From: a bacterium
GTDB taxonomy: Bacteria > Sysuimicrobiota > Sysuimicrobiia > Sysuimicrobiales > Humicultoraceae
NCBI GenBank assembly: GCA_041497675.1
Contig: JBGQGY010000119.1
Span: 1-11,083, forward strand
Direction: 5' to 3'
Length of the DNA: 11,083 bases
Below, one piece after another: positions 7,446-11,083 of this stretch. The position numbers were made by a program, and so were the translations under genes. The notes under the pieces were generated by a model. That model did not search any database and was not told where the DNA came from. It was given only the letters and a program-made list of their open reading frames with translations. Every line of letters begins with the position of its first letter. Position 1 is the first letter of the stretch.

Positions 7446-8369
7446 ATGGTCCGGTACGTCGTCGTCAGGCTCCTCGTAGCCGTCCCGGTCGTGCTGATCG
7501 TGGCGTCCCTGGTGTTCGTGCTCGGCCGGGTGATGCCCGGCGATCCCGTGGCCGTGATGCTCGGCGATCAGGGCGCGCCCGAGGACATCGCCCGGCTGCG
7601 TCAGACATTGGGGCTCGATGACCCGCTCCCGCTGCAGTATGTGCGGTGGCTCGGGCAGGCGTTGCTCCGGCTCGACCTCGGTGACAGCATCTATCTGAAA
7701 CGCCCGGTCGTGCAGGCGCTGGCCGAGCGCATCGCACCGACGTTCATGCTCACCGCGCTCGGCGCCGGTCTGGCGATCCTCGGGGGCGTCAGCCTGGGTG
7801 TGACATCGGCGCTCCATCGCAATACGTGGGTGGACCGCGTCGTAATGGTACTGGCCCTGCTTGGTCTCTCGATCCCCAGCTTCTGGCTCGGACTCGCGCT
7901 CATCCTGATCTTCGCGGTCTGGCTGCACGTGCTGCCGTCCAGCGGCTACGACGGCGCGCGCTACCTGCTGCTCCCCGCCGTGGCGATTGGGCTGTCCGGC
8001 ATGGGCATCATCGCGCGGATGGCGCGCTCGAGTCTGCTCGACGTCCTCCGCCAGTCGTACGTGCAGACGGCGCGGAGCAAGGGGTTGACGAATCGGACCG
8101 TGATCTGGCGTCACGCGATGCGCAACGCGTTGGTCCCGACGCTCACCGTCGTCGGGCTGATCGTGACGAGCCTGGCGGGCGGCGCGATCGTCGTCGAGAG
8201 CGTGTTCGCGATCCCCGGCGCGGGACGCCTCATCATCCAGTCGGTGGCGCGACGCGACTACCCGGTCATTCAGGGCGGCGTGATGTTCGTCGCGCTGCTT
8301 TACGTGCTGGCCAATCTCGTCGTCGACGTCCTCTACGCCTACATCGACCCGCGGGTTCGCTACTCGTAA
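7446..8369 (+). CDS. Peptide/nickel ABC transporter permease (DppB/OppB-like)
   Basis: ATG at 7446 (MVRYVVVRLL...MPGDP...LGLDDPLPLQY), multiple TM helices, EAA-type loop DVLRQSYVQTARSKGL, RRDYPVIQG, and C-terminal DVLYAYIDPRVR. Confidence 0.93.
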   Translation: MVRYVVVRLLVAVPVVLIVASLVFVLGRVMPGDPVAVMLGDQGAPEDIARLRQTLGLDDPLPLQYVRWLGQALLRLDLGDSIYLKRPVVQALAERIAPTFMLTALGAGLAILGGVSLGVTSALHRNTWVDRVVMVLALLGLSIPSFWLGLALILIFAVWLHVLPSSGYDGARYLLLPAVAIGLSGMGIIARMARSSLLDVLRQSYVQTARSKGLTNRTVIWRHAMRNALVPTLTVVGLIVTSLAGGAIVVESVFAIPGAGRLIIQSVARRDYPVIQGGVMFVALLYVLANLVVDVLYAYIDPRVRYS

Positions 8370-8373
8370 CCCG

Positions 8374-9204
8374 ATGGCGACGTGGCGCCGCCTCGCCGGC
8401 CGGCACTCCAACATCGCGCTCGGACTCGCGCTGGTCCTGCTGATCGCCGGTCTCTCCGCGGGCGCGCCGCTGCTCTCGCGGCGTGACCCCACCGCCGCCG
8501 ACGTACCGAACCAGCTGCACCGGCCCTCGCGCGCGTTCCCGTTGGGCACCGATCACCTAGGACGCGACCTCTTCGCCCGCGTCCTCTACGGCGGGAGGGT
8601 GACGCTGCTGATCGGTCTCGCCGTCGTGCTCCTCACGGCCGCGGGTGGCGCCGGGGTCGGTCTGGCGGCCGGGATGTCTCCCGCGCTGGATCGCTGGATG
8701 ATGCGCGTGATGGACGCGCTGCTCGCGCTGCCGGCGATCCTGTTGGCGATCGCCGCGATGACCATCCTCGGCCGATCGGTGCTCAACGTCGTCGTGGCCC
8801 TGGCGATCTCGTCGATGCCGCGCATGGCCCGGTTGGTGCGGGGGTCGGCGTTGGTCCTGCGCGAGGGCCCGATGGTCGAGGCCGCGCGCGCGATTGGGGC
8901 CGGGACGCGGCGGATTCTCATACGCCACATCCTGCCAAACGTCGTCTCTCCCATCGTCGTCCAGGGCACGTACACGTTTTCGACGGCCGTGCTGACAGAG
9001 GCATCGCTGTCGTTCCTCGGCGTCGGCCCGGCGCATGGGGTCCCGTCCTGGGGGAGCGTGCTGAGCGAAGGCCGCGATCTGATCGATCAGGCGCCGTGGA
9101 TGACCATCTTCCCCGGCATCGCCATCGTGCTAACGGTCCTGGGGATCAACCTGCTCGGCGACGGGCTCCGGGATGCTCTCGATCCGCAGTTGCGGGGTCT
9201 CTAG
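8374..9204 (+). CDS. Peptide/nickel ABC transporter permease (DppC/OppC-like)
   Basis: 276 aa; LGTDHLGRDLFARVLYGGR, EAA motif VEAARAIGA...RHILPN, EASLSFLG, PSWG, and NLLGDGLRDALDP. Confidence 0.94.
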   Translation: MATWRRLAGRHSNIALGLALVLLIAGLSAGAPLLSRRDPTAADVPNQLHRPSRAFPLGTDHLGRDLFARVLYGGRVTLLIGLAVVLLTAAGGAGVGLAAGMSPALDRWMMRVMDALLALPAILLAIAAMTILGRSVLNVVVALAISSMPRMARLVRGSALVLREGPMVEAARAIGAGTRRILIRHILPNVVSPIVVQGTYTFSTAVLTEASLSFLGVGPAHGVPSWGSVLSEGRDLIDQAPWMTIFPGIAIVLTVLGINLLGDGLRDALDPQLRGL

Positions 9205-9237
9205 AATCCGAGGTCTCGATATCCAAGGAGGAGTGAC

Positions 9238-9990
9238 GTGACACCAACGGAACGGTACGCGGCTGAAGTCACCGCACTGCTCGCGCGCATCGTGAAGGAA
9301 GAGTCGGAAAACATTCGCAAGGCGGCCGGCATGCTGGCCGACGTGATCGCGCGGGATCGGTTGATCTTCCCATTCGGCACGGGCGGGCACTCGCTCATGG
9401 GCTCCGAAGAGATGGCGCGGCGGGCCGGCGGGCTCGCATCGGTCTACCCGATCATCGACCCGGGGATCTCCGTCATGTTCGGACCGGTCCGCGCCAGCGC
9501 GCTCGAGCGCACGGTCGGCTACGCGCGGAGCGTGCTGAGCACGTATCCGATCACGTCCCAAGACGTCCTGATCATCATCAACGCGTACGGCATCAACGCG
9601 TGCTCGATCGACACGGCCATGTGGGCAAAAGAGCGCAAGGTCCCCACCATCGCGATTACATCGCCTTCGTTCAGCCGGGCCATGCCAAAGGATCTGGTGG
9701 CGCGACATCCCAGCGGACACAACCTGTTCGAGCTGGTCGATCTCGTCATCGACAACAAGATGCCACCCGGCGACGCCGTCTTGAAGTTCGAGGGTCTGAA
9801 GACCCCGGTCTCGCCGGTGACCACGATTCTCAACGCGTTCGTCATCGAGTCGCTGACCGGTGAAACGGTGAATCTGCTGTTGCAGCGCGGGATCACGCCG
9901 CCCGTGTGGACCAGTTCTAACGTCCCCGGCGGTGACGAAGCCAACAAGGAGCACATGGCGCGCTTCGCGCCGCGCATCCGCTGGCTGTGA
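9238..9990 (+). CDS. SIS (sugar isomerase)-domain protein, UPF0309/GmhA-like fold
   Basis: 250 aa; strong AAGGAGG RBS before GTG; FGTGGHS, EEMARRAGGL, LERTVGYA, RHPSGHNLFELVDLVIDN..PPGDA, and PPVWTSSNVPGGDE. Confidence 0.85.
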   Translation: MTPTERYAAEVTALLARIVKEESENIRKAAGMLADVIARDRLIFPFGTGGHSLMGSEEMARRAGGLASVYPIIDPGISVMFGPVRASALERTVGYARSVLSTYPITSQDVLIIINAYGINACSIDTAMWAKERKVPTIAITSPSFSRAMPKDLVARHPSGHNLFELVDLVIDNKMPPGDAVLKFEGLKTPVSPVTTILNAFVIESLTGETVNLLLQRGITPPVWTSSNVPGGDEANKEHMARFAPRIRWL

Positions 9991-11083
9991 GCCGCGGGCG
10001 GCGCTTCGGAGTGTGTGCGTACGTCGGCACCGACGTCGCGCTCGAGCCACAGCTGAAGTATCTGGACGCGGCGATCGCCCAGGGCTGCGCGCTGGTGATG
10101 ACGTCGCTGCATTTGCCCGAGATGGCCACGGCGCGCGCGCCCGCCGAGTGCCGTGCGATCGCGGCCCGCACGCGTCCGGCGGGCGTCACGTTCATCGCCG
10201 ACGTCTCACCGGTAACCTTTCGGCATCTGGGTGGATCGCCGGCGAACACGACGCCGCTGGCGGATGTGGGTCTCGACGGCATCCGCCCCGACTACGGATT
10301 CGATGCCGGTGATCTCGCCGCGATGGCCCGCGGGCCGGGTCCGGCCGTCGTGTTGAACGCGACCGACGTGACGGACGAGCGCCTGGAGGCCGTAGCAGCG
10401 GCCGGGCCACACGGACTCGCCGGCGCATGGGCCATCCACAACTTCTATCCAAGACCCGAGACGGGCATCGCGTTGGACGTCTGCGTCGAGCGCAGCATGC
10501 GGCTCGCGCGGCTGGGCGTGCGGGTCGGGGCGTTTGTGGCGTCGCAGCACGTGCGGCGGGGGCCGGTCCACGAAGGGATGCCGACGATTGAGGATTTCCG
10601 CCGGCTGCCGCCCGCGCGCGCGGCTGAGATGCTGTTTGCGACCGGTGCGATCGACGCGGTGTTGCTTGGGGATCCTTCATTAGATGACGCCGAGGTCAAG
10701 GCACTGGCCGGCGTCGCCGGGCGCGACGAGATCATGATTCGCGCGCGCCGTCACGGTGAGCCGTCGCGCGAGGAACTCGCCGTCATGGACGGACCGCTGA
10801 CGTGCTGGGCGGTCGCGCAGTATCTGCTGCGCACGGGGAACCCGGCGCTCCGGCCCGCCGCGGCTGCCGGGCCTCGCGGGACGATCGCGCCCCGCAACAC
10901 GGAAGCCCGCGCAGCGTACAGCATCACGATCGATAACGACCATTATCCCCGGTTCGCCGGCACGCTGCACGTGGTCAGGACCGACCTACCCGCGGACCCG
11001 CGCGTCAACGTCGTCGGCTCGGTCGACCCCGAGGATCGCATGCTGATCGACCTCCTGCGACCGAGCGATCGGTTTCGCTTCAA
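9987..11083 (+). CDS. MupG/DUF871-family TIM-barrel protein (6-phospho-N-acetylmuramidase-like), truncated by the window end
   Basis: Not in the ORF track because there is no stop in the window. GTG at 9987 overlaps the SIS gene TGA, and the frame is open for 365 codons. Manual translation gives FGVCAY, MTSLHLPE, IADVSP, IRPDYGF, VLNAT, HNFYPRPETGI, RGPVHEGMPTIE, LLGD, ITIDNDHYPRFAG, LPADPRVNVVG and RFRF, which match DUF871 motifs in order. Confidence 0.88.
   Translation, partial: MSRGRRFGVCAYVGTDVALEPQLKYLDAAIAQGCALVMTSLHLPEMATARAPAECRAIAARTRPAGVTFIADVSPVTFRHLGGSPANTTPLADVGLDGIRPDYGFDAGDLAAMARGPGPAVVLNATDVTDERLEAVAAAGPHGLAGAWAIHNFYPRPETGIALDVCVERSMRLARLGVRVGAFVASQHVRRGPVHEGMPTIEDFRRLPPARAAEMLFATGAIDAVLLGDPSLDDAEVKALAGVAGRDEIMIRARRHGEPSREELAVMDGPLTCWAVAQYLLRTGNPALRPAAAAGPRGTIAPRNTEARAAYSITIDNDHYPRFAGTLHVVRTDLPADPRVNVVGSVDPEDRMLIDLLRPSDRFRF

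Noticed and set aside
49..10970. Long antisense or alternative-frame ORFs (e.g. 1193-2056, 1962-2849, 2925-3704, 5947-6915, 7341-8549, 9130-10050, 9932-10312, 10192-10680)
   Set aside because: Shadow ORFs expected in high-GC coding DNA: Arg/Pro/Ala-rich, no recognisable motifs, and largely overlapping well-supported genes.

Overview
GC-rich bacterial window with two divergent blocks of transport and catabolism genes. The minus-strand block (reading right to left) encodes a metal-dependent amidohydrolase, an AbrB-type antitoxin/PIN (VapBC) toxin-antitoxin pair with a perfect 12-bp inverted repeat upstream, a family-5 ABC substrate-binding protein (SBP), and, behind a separate AT-rich promoter, a NitT/TauT-type SBP coupled (GTGA overlap) to a dipicolinate synthase subunit A (SpoVFA/DpsA)-like oxidoreductase. 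The plus-strand block encodes a paralogous family-5 SBP, two Dpp/Opp-type permeases (no ATPase in view), an SIS-domain protein, and a MupG/DUF871-family protein that is missing from the ORF track because it runs off the window end. Two things stand out: (1) a divergent MupG-like enzyme plus an SIS protein fed by a peptide-type ABC importer rather than a PTS, suggesting a non-canonical amino-sugar or cell-wall salvage route; (2) a SpoVFA-like gene paired with a solute-binding protein in a non-sporulation context. All family assignments come from motif recognition by eye; no searches were run.
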